Positions 38,467 through 52,030 of a DNA stretch of 55,235 nucleotides are shown here, piece by piece. Origin of the DNA: Spizellomyces punctatus DAOM BR117. Its lineage: Eukaryota. Positions within the stretch are counted from its first letter, which is position 1. Every line of letters starts with the position of its first letter. The notes beneath the pieces were generated by a model. The model was not told where the DNA came from. It saw only the letters and a program-made list of their open reading frames with translations, and made no database searches. The translations under genes and the position numbers were made by a program. Where the stretch lies: the NCBI GenBank assembly GCA_000182565.2, contig KQ257465.1, one strand, 5' to 3'.

Positions 38467-39067
38467 AGAATGAAAGAGGAACCTGGAAGTTTGTAGTTGT
38501 TTGACGCTAGATTTTGGACTTTTCGACCTAGTATGTATATATTGATCGTTTCTAGAACTATACACTGGAAATTAGTTTGGCGATACATTTTATGCTAGAG
38601 TATGGGACTTCACGGGCATTATCTGCTATTCGTGCAGATGGCCACATTCACGTGATACAGTTTGTTATGAACGAGACCTTTCGAATATAAGCCTTCAGAT
38701 ATACATCCCTACCCGACATATCCACCCAGAAACGACATTTTCATCAACCGCTTGGCTCGAGCGACATCTGAGGATGAGCTTCTCGTACGAATAAAAATAA
38801 AATAATCTTTTTGTTCGTTGACTATCGATGTGAGCGCCCCATTCGGGTGGCGGACCCCAAGATATTTAGCTCTTTATGGAAATTGTATTGTGTGGCTGGT
38901 AGTGGCATGTAAGCCGATGAGCTATTAATCGATAACTGCAAACTCCATCCGCCAGCGTTTTTTTGGCAAACAATTTCAACTCATCCGCCTGGTGCAGCGT
39001 ATCATTTAACGCATCCTGTACACCCGCACCACACGCTCTTTTTACATTTCTGCTCATATTGATACAC

Positions 39068-40763
39068 ATGGCTTTGGTTCGCGGAATAAGGACGGCGTTT
39101 GTTCGTTCGCAGCCTTTTGGATTGAGCGCGGGATTGGCGGCGAGGAGAGGACTGGCTACTGCAACGCACCAGGTAGGACAATGAAAGCTTTACTCAAGAC
39201 AATATTGGCTCTGTGTGTGGAAACGACTCGTCTGGCTAGCGGGGTGATGGAAGATGACGTGGCATTCACCAAAAACGCGCACTAATGTTGAAAGTGTCCC
39301 TCAACTCGCAGCTTACGGTCCGTGATGCTCTAAACCAAGCCATGGAAGAAGAAATGCGCCGCGATAAGACAGTCTTTCTTTTAGGAGAAGAGGTTGCTCA
39401 GTATAATGGTGCCTACAAGGTTTGCTCCCCATTGTTCTTACTGTTCGCTGTCCTACTTTCAGCAACTAACTGTGTAAAGCAAGGTATCAAAAGGCCTCTT
39501 GGACAAATTTGGACCAGACCGGGTTATCGACACGCCAATTACGGAGATGGGATTTGCGGGGTTGGCTGTGGGATCCGCTATGGCTGGATTGAAGCCCATT
39601 TGCGAGTTTATGACCTTTAATTTTGCGATGCAGGTGAGAAAAGGGCAATAGGCAATGGAAGGGTTGTTATAGGCGGACTCGGAGGTTGGGTTCGGCATTG
39701 GTAATTGGGGTGTACGCCGGAACTGGTGACTGGCGGGGACATGGATCGAAAGTTCCGGTGAATGAATGGGATGACCTGGCGACGTATAGGAAGGATAAAT
39801 CAACTATGCGCCTTTTCGAATTCTTTGCTCACGAGCGCGTCCTTACTACAGGCCATCGACCACATTGTGAATTCAGCCGCCAAAACTCGATACATGTCCG
39901 GTGGTATCGTCGGCGTCCCAATTGTTTTCCGCGGTCCCAACGGCGCAGCGGCAGGAGTTGCAGCCCAGCATTCGCAGGATTATGCTGCATGGTACGGTCA
40001 GATTCCTGGTCTGAAGGTTGTCAGCCCGTGGAGCGCCGAGGATGCGAAAGGATTGTTAAAGGCTGCGATTCGGGACCCGGATCCAGTTGTTGTGTTAGAG
40101 AATGAGATTATGTATGGACAGCATTTCGATGTCTCGGAGGAGGTATTGTCAGATGACTTTGTGCTACCGATTGGAAAGGCCAAGATCGAGAAGGAGGGTG
40201 AGTTTTGCGTAGATACAAATTGTGTTGAGATATTTGGCTAACGATTTCCGGGGATGATAGGATCGGATATAACAGTCGTAGCGCATTCACGCGCTGTTGG
40301 CCAAAGTTTGGATGCTGCCAAAGAGCTGGAAAAGGAGGGTATCAAAGTGGAGGTACGCACCGCATCACAGATTTGGTCCCTCCATGCGTCAGTCGTACTA
40401 AAATGAGCTTACTAGGTCATCAACCTCCGCTCCATCCGCCCTCTCGACATTGACACTATCATTAAATCCGTAAAGAAGACCAACCACCTTGTAACAGTCG
40501 AAGGAGGATTCCCCCAATACAGCGTAGGATCAGAGATTTGCGCTCAAATCATGGAGAGTGAGTATCGGCTGTAAAAGACTCGTACTTGATGTTTATTGAC
40601 CTTGGAATTGATAGGTGATGCATTTGACCACCTTGATGCGCCTGTCAGCCGAGTAACTGGGGCAGATATCCCTATGCCTTACGCCAAGAACCTGGAGGAT
40701 TTGAGTTTACCTCGAGTCGAATCGATCAAGAACACCATTTTGAAAAACCTCAACAGAAAGTGA
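39068..40763 (+). CDS. PDB1: Pyruvate dehydrogenase E1 beta subunit, mitochondrial, multi-exon
   Basis: Arg-rich presequence; [58 protein letters not shown]. Confidence 0.96.
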
Positions 40764-41016
40764 CATGTGGGCGTCCATGGGCCAGGATGATGAAGGGAAT
40801 GGGTTTGAGCCATATTTTTTGTAAAAATTCAAACTGTGGGGTGAATTGGGTATCGCTTCATGTTCAATATAGACTTTTGGGGGAGAACCGACAATACCTC
40901 ATCGCATGGATTGATGACCGCTCTGTTCAGATGAATTTCTAATGATATTCGGCTATCTCTATCTACACACCCCTTCCTGCAACAACAGATCCACCCTCAT
41001 CGCTCACACCTATCTA

Positions 41017-42533
41017 CTACTTGACAATTTTCAACTCGCTAATCCGATCCACAGCATATTTATCCTTGTGGTCATGATACAGTTTCACCAAAGCGTCTAC
41101 ATATTGCTTATGCACCGCCGCAACGTACTCGCGGGAAGGATTTTCCTGCTTTGTCACCGGTATGGGCGCACCAACTACAGGAGGAGTATGCTTCAATGGA
41201 ATGCCAAACAGCACAGCCAACTATGAACAACCTACCAACAGACACGATTTTAACCTTGCGTGGGAAAGGCCCAAACCGACCCCATATAAGGGGAAGCGAA
41301 AAGGTCATCTTTTTGGTCAAGCTATTCTGTATTTTCCGAATAGAAGGAGCGTTCGCGTCTGTTACTTGCCAAAACAAGTCGTTTTCGCCGAATGTAAAGA
41401 CGGGGACCAGAGAGGCACTTTTAAAATTAAAAAATAAAGATTAGACCAAAACAAGTGAAATGCCCAGAACTGTCAAATTTAGCACCACTCACCCAGTCTG
41501 AATTGCAATCTTTATGAATCCCTTTCGTCGGTCGATAACAATATCATTGGTTCCCGGGTACGACAATAGACTACAAAATGGCTCCGTTAATACTGTCGCT
41601 TGTGTCGAAACTCACATACTACGTACGCTTCATCCGCACCACCTACAACAACCATGGTACTCCATCCAGGCCCCTTTTTAGTCAAGACATGTTTCAAAGA
41701 CTTTGCAGAAACCGAAATGACACCAAACGCCATTTGGGATTCGCGCCAGAGCGGTATACTCCAATTAAGATCCAGTGTTGTCATGCGGAGTTTGATTCCC
41801 GGAAAGAGACCAGAGAAATTGTTGACGTCTGTTATAAAGTTTGGGCTGTTCATCATGTTTAATAGCGGGTTGGAAGGTACTTTTCATGATCAAGGGATAA
41901 GAGGCTTACAGTAGGCCATAGCAGTAAATACCGTGGGGGTGGTAACCAAAGAGATAGTTTCCCCTGGGGTCCAGATCGGCTGTTTTGATGAGTTCAGCAG
42001 AGAAATAGTCCCTATATGATACAAAAAAAAAAAAAACTCCATTAAGTGAGATTCCAAAAAAAAAGTGCAGAATTCTGGCGCATATTGTCTAGATCCACAT
42101 CTAATCTTCCCATTTTCCATACCTGAAATACTTCCAAAACGACCAATCCCTGATGAACCTCCAGCGATCTGTTCCACCCGTGTATGGCGTATCCACATCA
42201 ATAAAGTAGGCAAACGTCCAATACATCACGGCAAAAGGCCATAGATAGCGCCAGTTGTAAAAGAACCACACATGAAGGAGCAATTCAATGTGAGGAATAC
42301 ATGTGTAGCATAGGACGGCCTAGTTAAGCAAATCAGTATAAACCACAGAGTGGAATACGTTTGGATGTGTGTTAAGCAAGTGTATTTACCAATATCTCAA
42401 AGATATCTGACTTGCGATATGGTCCAATAGCTTTGGTCGCAGTTGCTTTGGCCTTTACCGATGAGTCCTGCATTGCGGGAGCGTCCACAAACCGTGGTGA
42501 GTCCAAACTATCACTGGGTTCCTTCAAACTCAT
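41017..42533 (-). CDS. DGA1: Diacylglycerol acyltransferase, DGAT2/MOGAT family, multi-exon
   Basis: YF..DYF, YLFGYHPHG, VVVGGADE, RRKGFIKIAIQTG, LVPVFTFGENDL, HKQYVDALVKLY. Confidence 0.85.
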
Positions 42534-43206
42534 GGACGGGGGTTGCTACTGATGCTACTGATTAAGAGGCTCTTGCAATGGAGGAAGGGGAGGAATGGAA
42601 AAACGCGCGCGGTTAAAGAATGGACTCCAATAATCGATCGGGTCATCGCGCACCCGCAGTTTCGTAATTTGATAGCAATGTGGGCCATATGGCACAAAAA
42701 AAAACCATAGCAGAAAAGATAAAAAAAAGTAGGAGATGCTGGGCAGCAACGAAGAAATAGACGAATGGACGAGGCAGACGTTTATTCCTGAACTAATAAA
42801 TGCGAAGGTGATGAACTTGTATTCCCTTCTTTCCTAGTGTTGAGGGCAAGATAGATCCAATGAATATCATCCACATCTTATTGCAAAAAGGAGCTCTTAT
42901 TCCTTTCACCAAATCATCCTGATCACTGCCGGACCACCTTTTCCTGTCTAGCATCAATAATACAATGACATGCAAGATACCCAATGACTGTCACGAATGG
43001 TTGTCCCCGCAGCCGCCAACAGGTTGCAATTCTAATGACCCTCTACGATCAAATGCCGGTACCAAAGTATTCGAGTATTCATATCGCATAAGGTTCGAAA
43101 AAAAAAAGCAAAAATCATAGTTATTGAGGTCAAAGTCATCCAAACACCGGATTCCATTTTTTTCTTAGAGGTATAACAAAACCGACAAAGGGCCTTTTCC
43201 ATTAAT

Positions 43207-43938
43207 CTATCCCTGCCTTTCCTTCGTTGCAGGTTTCCATGCATTGTATTTTGGTACTGTTGTGTTGTAGGTCTTGAATGCCCCTTCACTTCCGGTAAGA
43301 TTTTCCACGTGCGGAGGGGAGAAAAACGGTTTAGGAACGGTCTGAGGGGTGGGAACATCATCGGTGATGTGGTGAAGCCATTGATGCCTATAACGATGAT
43401 AAGGATTCCATTCTGATGCTGTACCAATACAGGACAAGGGTTTCTTTTCCTACCATTCCGCTGGAACTTGTGTCGCATCCGGATTCCACTTTTTGTACTC
43501 AACCCAGCGATCACGGAGGACAATCTCGTCACGGTTTTCGTAGTATTCGTTGCCGTAGTCGTCCTTTCCGACAAATCGACCAACACGGGGTTGGTCGCTA
43601 TAAAGTTTGAAAAATAAAATGGTTATTCCAAGGATTCTGTCGTGTACCAAACGAATATCGGTATGGTTACATCATAAGGATCTGCTTTACGGTGCGCCGT
43701 ACACCATTTGCTCTGAGAGCTGCTAGCTGTTAGAGTGGAGCCATTAATGAGCACGAGTGGAATATACAGAGAAAAGAGCGTACTAGCGTAGTACTACTTA
43801 CAGTGCCTGTCCAGGCTGCAATTGTCCCAAACCAAACCAGGTAACAAAAGTATCAGAATCACGTTAACGTAGTAATAGAACAGAGGGCCAATCGTGGTCG
43901 AGGAACGTACCGTTGAGCCAACTTGTTGCCGGCGCCAT
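43207..43938 (-). CDS. NDUFA12: NADH:ubiquinone oxidoreductase subunit NDUFA12 (B17.2/N7BM), multi-exon
   Basis: GRFVGKDDYGNEYYEN, RDRWVEY, QVPAEW|HQWLH, ENLTGS..AFKTYNTT. Confidence 0.9.
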
Positions 43939-44259
43939 CTTCCACTAATTCTCTGCAATCTCCAGAATCACAACGCTAGGTTGTCGTGGCTTGAAAGCCT
44001 TGAGGAAGATCCACTCGCAGCCGACAATTTCCATTGTCACGTGATTCCCCAATTGGGAATGTTCAGTAAGCAGACAGATGAACAGAAACATCTACACTAA
44101 AGTGTATGCTATAAAACAATGTGTTTTGCTAGCGACAGTTACAGCATCTATATATGATTGCAAGACATGACAGCCAGCGGGTGTTCCAAAAGCTGGCCAC
44201 TCCACGCAACCGTGATCTACCCTCCCAAGCAGTAAAAATCTGCCTGCAAGGGAATCTAT

Positions 44260-45525
44260 TTACTCGTCATCGTCATCAACACCGTTATGGTCGTCACCCT
44301 CTTCCACTTCCTCATCATCATCGTACGATATTTGTATTATACCATGGTACCAGATATACCTTTTGGCAAAGTAAACCAAATTGCGTGAGTGCATCCGACA
44401 TTGCTCAATACAAAGTCACAGGTCACCTTACCCTACAAAAAAACCCACAGCGCCCAAAACCGAGAGTGCAGTCTTTATGTGGTCCTCTTGTTTGGCTTTC
44501 TCTGCCGGTACGACCTGTCGACGCATGAAAAGGCTGCGAATATACGTGGTGGGAGATTTGATAATGTCGGTAAGAAGATACGACGGTCTAAGATTTGGCG
44601 ATGGTCGCAGTGGTTTCTTAAAACAGGTTTTTCGGACACGCTCACAGTAAGCGTACAGGGTTGGGAATTCGAATGTGAGGATAGAGAAGAGGGTGGGCTC
44701 AGCGAGAGCTGGAATGGCGTGTAGGGCAAGGTGGCCGAATGCAATGGCATCCAATGAACTTGGACTTGGCATACTTGTTAACTAGTTTGTCAAATTGGAA
44801 TCGTAGAGTTCATCTCTACTTACTCTTTTCCGAAAAAGTACTCCTTTTCCCCCAACTTGTGAGAGAGGGCTTGATAACATTCGCGAGCCACAGAGTAAAC
44901 CTGCTGACTATCACGATATTTCCGAAGCCGTGCTTCGGCTTTCCTTTGCAACTGCCCCGGAACCCTCATTCCCGCCCATCCACGTAACGATTTTGCAATG
45001 GCGGGTTTTGTCGATTTGGCGGCATTGTTGACTTCGAGCCACCAGCTGTACAACTGAGAGTAGAGGTGCAGGTGAGTATACATATATAAGACAACACACC
45101 TTCCTCACCGTTCCCATCTTACCAAAGCATCATAGAGTTTATCCTCAATAAGACTTGTGTAACTTTTTGGTGAAAAGCGATCAGCCGAGAACACCTTAAC
45201 GGTCGTAAGTGCAAACCAACAACAGAACTTACGCCAAACACTCTGCCTGTTCCTTCGCTGTCAAGTGGCTATCCAGATCAAGACCCTTTTTCTTGAGATG
45301 CGAGATAATCTTTGACGTGCCCACCACCGGCTCCAGGGGCCCATCTCTGAGCATCGGCAACTCGCCAGTCGGTGACACCCCAGTGTCATTGCACTCATTG
45401 ACGACCCAGTTGGCTTCAGCAAATTGCAAGTAGGTCTCAATTGACAAGCAGAACGGGTCAAATGAAGGAACATTCCATGCCGGACCCCACGTAAACAGCT
45501 CTAGGCCAACCCCCGTATCGCCCAT
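44260..45525 (-). CDS. Metaxin/Sam37-type mitochondrial outer membrane protein, multi-exon
   Basis: WGPAWNVPSFDPFCL, SPTGELPML, ALSHKLGEKEYFFG, PSSLDAIAFGHL; C-terminal TM segment and acidic tail. Confidence 0.88.
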
Positions 45526-45670
45526 GGTTGCAAATCCAAGTTGAAAAGCAACGTCTACACAGGCCATGACTAGGATGACTCGCGTGGCACAGTCATCAAA
45601 CTTATTATGGCTGTGCCTCCGTACTAGGCATGACACGCGTGACTCATAGGCACAGTCATTGTATTCAAGT

Positions 45671-46492
45671 ATGGCTGTACCTCAGCGCTTGTTCAAAGAT
45701 GAAAACCCAGCTCAGCATGGACCCGATGCTTCATTCAACGGCAAGATGACACCTCCTCAGGTAGCGGACCCTGCGTACCCCATAAGAGATGCTACAGAGG
45801 CAGATGTACCGGGTATGCTCGAAATTTATAACTGGTGCATCCTCAATAGCGTCGCGACATTTGACTACGATCCCTGGACCTTGGAGGACAGGTTGGGATG
45901 GTTTCGTCAGTTTAATGAGCAGCGGCCACTAATTGTAGCTGAGGATGCGTCGGGTACTGTGGTAGGTACCATCAAGTGATCCGCGCTTTTGAACTTATAG
46001 AGTAGCATGTGCAGTTGGTTAACCACTCTTTATTATGCAAAACGCGTTAGGTTGGATATTGCGGGATAACTCAGTTCAACCCCAAGAAGGGTTACGACAA
46101 GTATGCATACCATGTCTTGGATATTGGGTAGACTTTGGGGGACAAAATTAACTCGGATTTTGCGTTCATTACCAGGACCGTAGAAATAACACTCTACGTG
46201 CACCATGAGCATCTTCGCAAAGGCCTTGGAAAACGGCTAGCAAAAATCATTATCGCACGAGCAAAGGCACTGGGCTACAAAAACATTATTGGTACTTGCA
46301 ATTGTAATGCTTATTGTCGCACAACAGCTGTTAATGTTCTTTCTTTCAGCCCTTGTTGCCCAGGAGAATGAAGCAAGTGTCGTCCTGTTTAAAAAGTTGT
46401 GGTTTCAACAATCTGGGTATTTTCCTGCACTGGGGTACAAGTTTGGACGGGATTTGGATGTTGTCTATATGCAGCTTCAACTCTTTTCGTAA
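45671..46492 (+). CDS. GNAT N-acetyltransferase, phosphinothricin / methionine-sulfoximine (Pat/YncA/MddA) type, 4 exons
   Basis: IRDATEADVPGMLEIYN..ATFD, TVEITLYV..RKGLGKRL, NEASVVLFKKL.F...G...GYKFGRDLDVVYMQL. Confidence 0.88.
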
Positions 46493-46670
46493 CCACAAAG
46501 TGTCAATTTGGTAGTGCCAGTATAGTTTGACAAATGGACTTCATAGTGCTATAGGCAGTTATCATGTACACCCTGGTCATAGTAGTAGCAGGAGGGCTAT
46601 CAGAAAATTTTCGGAACAGTTATGCTCATAACCAATATGAACGATTTTAGTTATCTACGGTCAATAACCA

Positions 46671-47568
46671 TCAAATATCAATAAAGTTGCCAACATTTTT
46701 AACCCAAACATCCCACTCCTTCTGATCTTTGGCCTCAACAATGTCATGTATCCTCAATGCCAATTCCTCATCAAACCCTCGTTCAGTTATATACTCTTGA
46801 AACAAATCTTGGAGGGTTTCTGGTAATTGCTGAAAGGATGGACCGCTATATAGGCCCCGTCGTTGCCAATCGCCCTGAGCGGACGAATCCATGCAAAGGT
46901 CCACGGAAGGGAAGACGGTAATATGATTGATAAAGATGTTGGGATATTTAGCCGATGCTTCAATTTCAAGTGCACCGGACTCTATACTGTCGGTCTACAT
47001 TCGCCTGATCAATTGGAAATCGATCATGGTATACACAGGGTCAAGGGTTTATCACTTGCCTTTTTTTGAATGACAATGGATAAACCGACAGGAGGCCGCT
47101 CTCCAAATGCAGGCTGCAAACGACGTGGTCTCAGCACGCCTTGATGATATGGTCGACAAGCTCGATACCCCCTACCTCGTGTTCCATATCCGCAAAATCC
47201 TGGAATTCGCTCATGGCATCCACGTTGAATAGAGCCGATATGCTAAAATAAGACAAGATACCACGACAATCAATGAAACGAATACGCAGCATCATCATAA
47301 AAGAAACAATAACACACTGTTCATTCCCAAATGTCCGTGATAGGACCATTTCGGCGTCACCCAACGTCTCGTTGAGCTTCCATAGGACTCCCTTGCTTGT
47401 TTTGAACTCTGTTGGGAGATAATATGTGTGTTCCTGAGCAGTTTTCAGGAGACTCTGTGCAAGGAGTGGGCCAATGTTGTGGGAACGGGGTTGTGATGAG
47501 ATGTGGCGGGTTTGGAGGATTCTGGTCGTATGGACGACAAGGCGGGAGGAAGATACACGCATGAACAT
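46671..47568 (-). CDS. MAM33: Mitochondrial acidic matrix glycoprotein (Mam33/p32 family), multi-exon
   Basis: Presequence-like N-terminus; LSRTFGNE; RRGLYSGPSFQQLPETLQDLFQEYITERGFDEELA...KDQKEWDVWVKNVGNFI. Confidence 0.82.
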
Positions 47569-48258
47569 GGTTTGTCGTGTTAGAAAGCGCAGAGAGGATC
47601 TACGCGTTTCCTTCACAAATGTTCCTTAAGCCATTTTGTCTGATGCGGAAACGAGGCCATTGTATCCCTGCACATGGGGAAACAAGAATACCACAACATG
47701 CTTCAAAAATGACTTTGACATAATAGCAAATGCAATAGGGACATTGCGCACCTACTACAAAACAGTGTGTGATAACATCACCTACAAGGAGGAAATAAAG
47801 AACCATACCTGTCATACTTGGAACTTGCATGTCTGTGTGTCCAATAATTGATAATAATTTAGTTGTTGCGTTACATCTCATCATCCATAGTACATCCAAG
47901 AGCCGCAGTCCGCAGAAGTTGGTGAAATCCTTTATTACTGCTCTAAGCATGCACACATTCGCGTTCAATCATGTTCGTCGCATTGGCAACGATATTCTTT
48001 AAGAAGGTCATTACCAAGACGATGCAGGAAATTGTAAAAGACAATAAAACAACTCGATACAGGGGTTCGCATTTCAGAAACTATCCAAGCAAACAAAAAA
48101 CAATGGTGACAAGAAACGTCTCGAAAATCTCAGAATACGAAGCAGTTGGTATTGAGTGCTCTATATACATCGCAGTAATGCACACATGACAAAAAAAAGA
48201 ATCTTGAAAACTATAGGTCGAGGAAAGGGTGACAATGTACGTAAAAATACACGTTCCT

Positions 48259-49266
48259 TCATTTCTTTTTCGCTTCCGTCAGCTCCATCTGATCTTCAGG
48301 AACCTATATACCAAAATCAGGCATCATGGACTGATAAGCGATGAACAAGGATGTATACCTCTTTCCAGGTTTTGAGAATCAATTCGTATATGGCGTCTTG
48401 CATATCTCCTTGCACAACAATTTCGTCTAGGCCTTGCGGGTTTTTGGTGACTGAGGATCCGCAGGCGAATTTCGTTGCAAAGAGTTTGGCGGCTTTCTTT
48501 AGGTCCACGCCTGTTTGTGGAGTTCAGTAGTGTGTAAAGGTAAGAAAAGAACTAGTGGAATTGCGTACCGAAATTTTCTAGGCCTGATACTTCTATGACG
48601 CATTTTCGCTTTGTGCGTTCCACCCGTCGGATAATGACTTTTTGTGCCGCCTTTTTCTTTCGTTCTCTTTCAGCTTTTGCTTCGGCTAAGATGACAAAAG
48701 TTTTAAAACATCGGGTAGTGTCATTTAGGGATATGGGTTTCGAACCTTTCTTTTGTTCTTTTGTGAGTTCCTTGTCAGGCACTTCATCATCTTGTAGCGT
48801 TACGTCGTCCATCTTCTTTTCGAGATCTATGACATATTGTTAGAGATACTGTGTACCCAGCTCTTCATTGCCACCAAGATCCAGGCGTCGTCCATGCTCC
48901 AATGCACCCCCAACCCGCTAAGCGTATTAAAAATTACTCCAACAACTCACCATCCTCTGGCCATATCCGAGCAAACTCGGTAGGATGCTCCTTCCGCAAC
49001 CATTTCTTACATGTTGCTGTCGTCCCGCTAAACTCACAGTACTGACAATTATAAGCAATCCTGTCTTGGCAAGCTAAATAGGAAGAAGAGGTCACACCTC
49101 AACTGGCATGGAACACACTATGATTGAAACAGTGGAAAAAGTGAGCGACATGCTTCATTGCAAACAATTCAAACATCACGCTACCTCCACAATAAACTAT
49201 ATCCGTCCTGACCCGTGTCTTGGGCCAGTCCTCCACAGGTACAGCTACGTCTTCCGTATCGGACAT
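48259..49266 (-). CDS. TMA22: Density-regulated protein DENR / Tma22 (SUI1 domain), multi-exon
   Basis: VYCG|VCSMPVE|YCEF zinc site; RVERTKRKCVIEVSGLE; KLFATKFACGSSVTKN..EIVVQGD. Confidence 0.92.
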
Positions 49267-49463
49267 GTCGCAAAAGAAGAAAACAAATCAAAAGACCGTC
49301 TATCAAAAAAACAAGGGATGACAACCAATCTCCAGATCCTGCATTTTTCAAAGCTCCTGGTTTACATTTGCCTTCACTCCAATGAAGATCACGTGAACAT
49401 CATTCATGGTGGCCAGAGAGTGATCTGCATTTGAGCACAATTGCCAACAAAACATTTTAAGAG

Positions 49464-50237
49464 ATGGATGACCGACCCTCCAAGAAACGCAAAAGCACCG
49501 TCAAGATCCCCAAACGCGCCAGCACTCCCGGTAACGAATCTCCCAGTAGTCCCAATCTCCCGTCCACGGTCCCCATACCAGATCCCACTGTCACAAAACC
49601 GGACGATGCGGAAGGCGATATAGCAGAAGAGCCTAAAGATGATGACGTGGAATTGGACGATGATATTGAGGATGAGTTGCTGCATCCACGGAAAGGGGTA
49701 GATAAGGAGGCAGAACGGTGAGGACTGTTGTTGAAGGAGTTTTGAATGATTGTTGTTGTGCGTTTTAGCTGACGTTGTAAAAGAGCTTTATTGGCGACAT
49801 TTACACAGGAACAAGTTCAGAGATATGAAGTCTTTCGACGAGCGCATTTCCAGAAAGGGGGTATGAAAAAGGTAAAATGTCGATAACCGTTTTATAGAGG
49901 ATCTGATAAGTTGGATAGTGTGTTTATGCAGTCTTGTTTTAGTTTTTGCAAGGAGTTTTGGGACAGAATGTATCTGAAAGCTCTGCGATTGTCGTGGCGG
50001 GCGCCGCAAAACTATTTGTAGGAGAAATGACAGAAAAAGGTGAAATCGTCAAAAGTCAACGAGTTTTTTTATTTTGAATCAAGGCTGATAGTCCACATTA
50101 TAGCACGTGAAGTCATGGAGGAATGGGGGGATACCGGTGGCATTCAACCTGAACACTTGCGAGAAGCTTATCGACGGTACAAGCATGACCCTGCATCATT
50201 TACGCCAGCTGGGTCCAAAAAGCGACTTTTCCGATAA
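49464..50237 (+). CDS. TAF11: TFIID subunit TAF11 (histone fold), 4 exons
   Basis: FTQEQVQRYEVFRR, IVVAGAAKLFVGEMTEK, AREVMEEWGDTGGIQPEHLREAYRRY. Confidence 0.9.
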
Positions 50238-50408
50238 TGGCTCAAGGACTGTACATAATTTGGAAAAGCTATTCTCGTAATTTGTAGATATACGCTAGAA
50301 ACAGCATGCTTGTACATATATGTTCATCTCGCAACAAAATACATAATGCTAAGTACCGCAAAACAGGACTAGCTCCCATCTACGTAATGTAAATTTCTTA
50401 CCCAATAT

Positions 50409-51871
50409 CTATGACAAAAAGTCTTTCAAATCAAATACGTCACTGCCAGGTTTCTTGACACATACACCCTTTTCGGTAACAATCGCCGATATCAAGCTAG
50501 CAGGTGTAACCTATAATGAACACTATCAATAATCACATCATACCAAAAGCAACGCATAGAAAAAAAAAAAAAAAAGAGGCTTACATCAAACGCCGGATTC
50601 CACACTCCAATACCCGGTGCAGCAATCTGGACAGTGGTAGACGCATTCTCTTGCACAGACGGACCACGAATTTGGACCACTTCAACAGCAGCGCGTTCCT
50701 CAATAGGAATATCCTTGCCAGATGCAGTCAAAAGATCAATGGATGTGGAAGGAGCAGCGACAATAAAGAGAACGTTATGGTATTGAGCTGTAATGGCGAG
50801 TTGGTATGTCCCGATTTTGTTGGCCGTGTCACCGTTTGCTGCAACACTTTTTAATCAAATATGAGAGGGGTTGCGTCTCATGTTTTGTTCAAGAAGACAA
50901 ACTGTACCGATCTGCACCAACAATGATGGCTGTGATGGGTTTTCGTGCCAAGAGGGCCGATGCCATGTCATCGCAGATGAGGGTAGCTGGTATGTTTTCG
51001 TAGACAAGTTCATACGCCGTGAGACGAGAGCCTTGGTTATACGGTCTGGTTTCGGTGCAATAAGCATGAGCAAGATTTCCGCTGGCGTGCAAGTCACGGA
51101 TGATGCCTAGTGCGGTGCCCTATTATGTAATCACAAATGTAAGTCCAAAATGTTGAGTATGGTGACAATGAGAATACTGCCAAAGACGCACCCATCCTGC
51201 TGTCGCCAGACTCCCCGTATTGCAGTGCGTCAAGACTTGAACCTCTGCTTGCGTCTGCGGTTTATGTTTCAACACGTACTCAGTCCCAAATCGCCCAATA
51301 TTATGATTATCCTCAATATCCTTTTGCAACATGGCTTCCGCAGCATCAATGTAGGCGCTCGCGACACTCTGAGCGGTAGCATTTGCTACAGTAGCAGCAC
51401 GGGCGACTAAACCGTCCAGTCGTCCAGCGGCTTCAAAGAGGTTTACGGCAGTCGGTCGAGAGGTCTTGAGATACTCTAGTTTGGAGTGGACGAATTCTTG
51501 GATGGAGGGTGCTGTGGATAGTTTGCCTACAAGTGCCGTGCTGTGGAGTTCCACTGCAAGTGAGAGTGCGGCCACAATGGCAATGGCAGGTGCTAGCGCA
51601 ATTCCATTAATGTCAATTATGAAAACTTGAGGAAAACTTGAATGCAAGCAGTTTACCTCCACGGACTTTCATGGTCTTGATCACTCTATGCCCATCTTCT
51701 ACACCTTTGACCTGCTCAAACACTGTAGCAAAAGGAAGGAGCAATTGGTCCAAGATCTCTAGAGAGCCTATAGAAATTGTACGAGTAAGCAACATGGTCC
51801 TAAAAACCCATTGTCCTTTGAGACGTACCCTTTTTGTATCGAATGGCTTCTAGCGTTGGGGCCGTTTGCAT
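50409..51871 (-). CDS. MRI1: Methylthioribose-1-phosphate isomerase (methionine salvage), multi-exon
   Basis: [76 protein letters not shown]. Confidence 0.95.
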
Positions 51872-52030
51872 GACCATGATGGGGATAAAGCGACAAGGAA
51901 AATACAAGGTTGAATTCTTGAGCCCCGGAAGCATGCCCCAAAGTTCGATTGCGCAATCCTTAGAACACGTGACTCTCCAACAAGCATGTGCCTATCGCAA
52001 GTTGCAAATCACAAACTCAAGTTCAAAAAT

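Noticed and set aside
39634-39851. Longer PDB1 intron as a snoRNA or TPP riboswitch host
   Set aside because: No RTGATGA/CTGA box pair or TPP aptamer core (CTGAGA...CCTGAT) could be identified.
47636-48030. Short Cys-containing ORF between MAM33 and TMA22
   Set aside because: Non-ATG start, no recognisable motif, and it overlaps the likely MAM33 promoter and TMA22 3' region.
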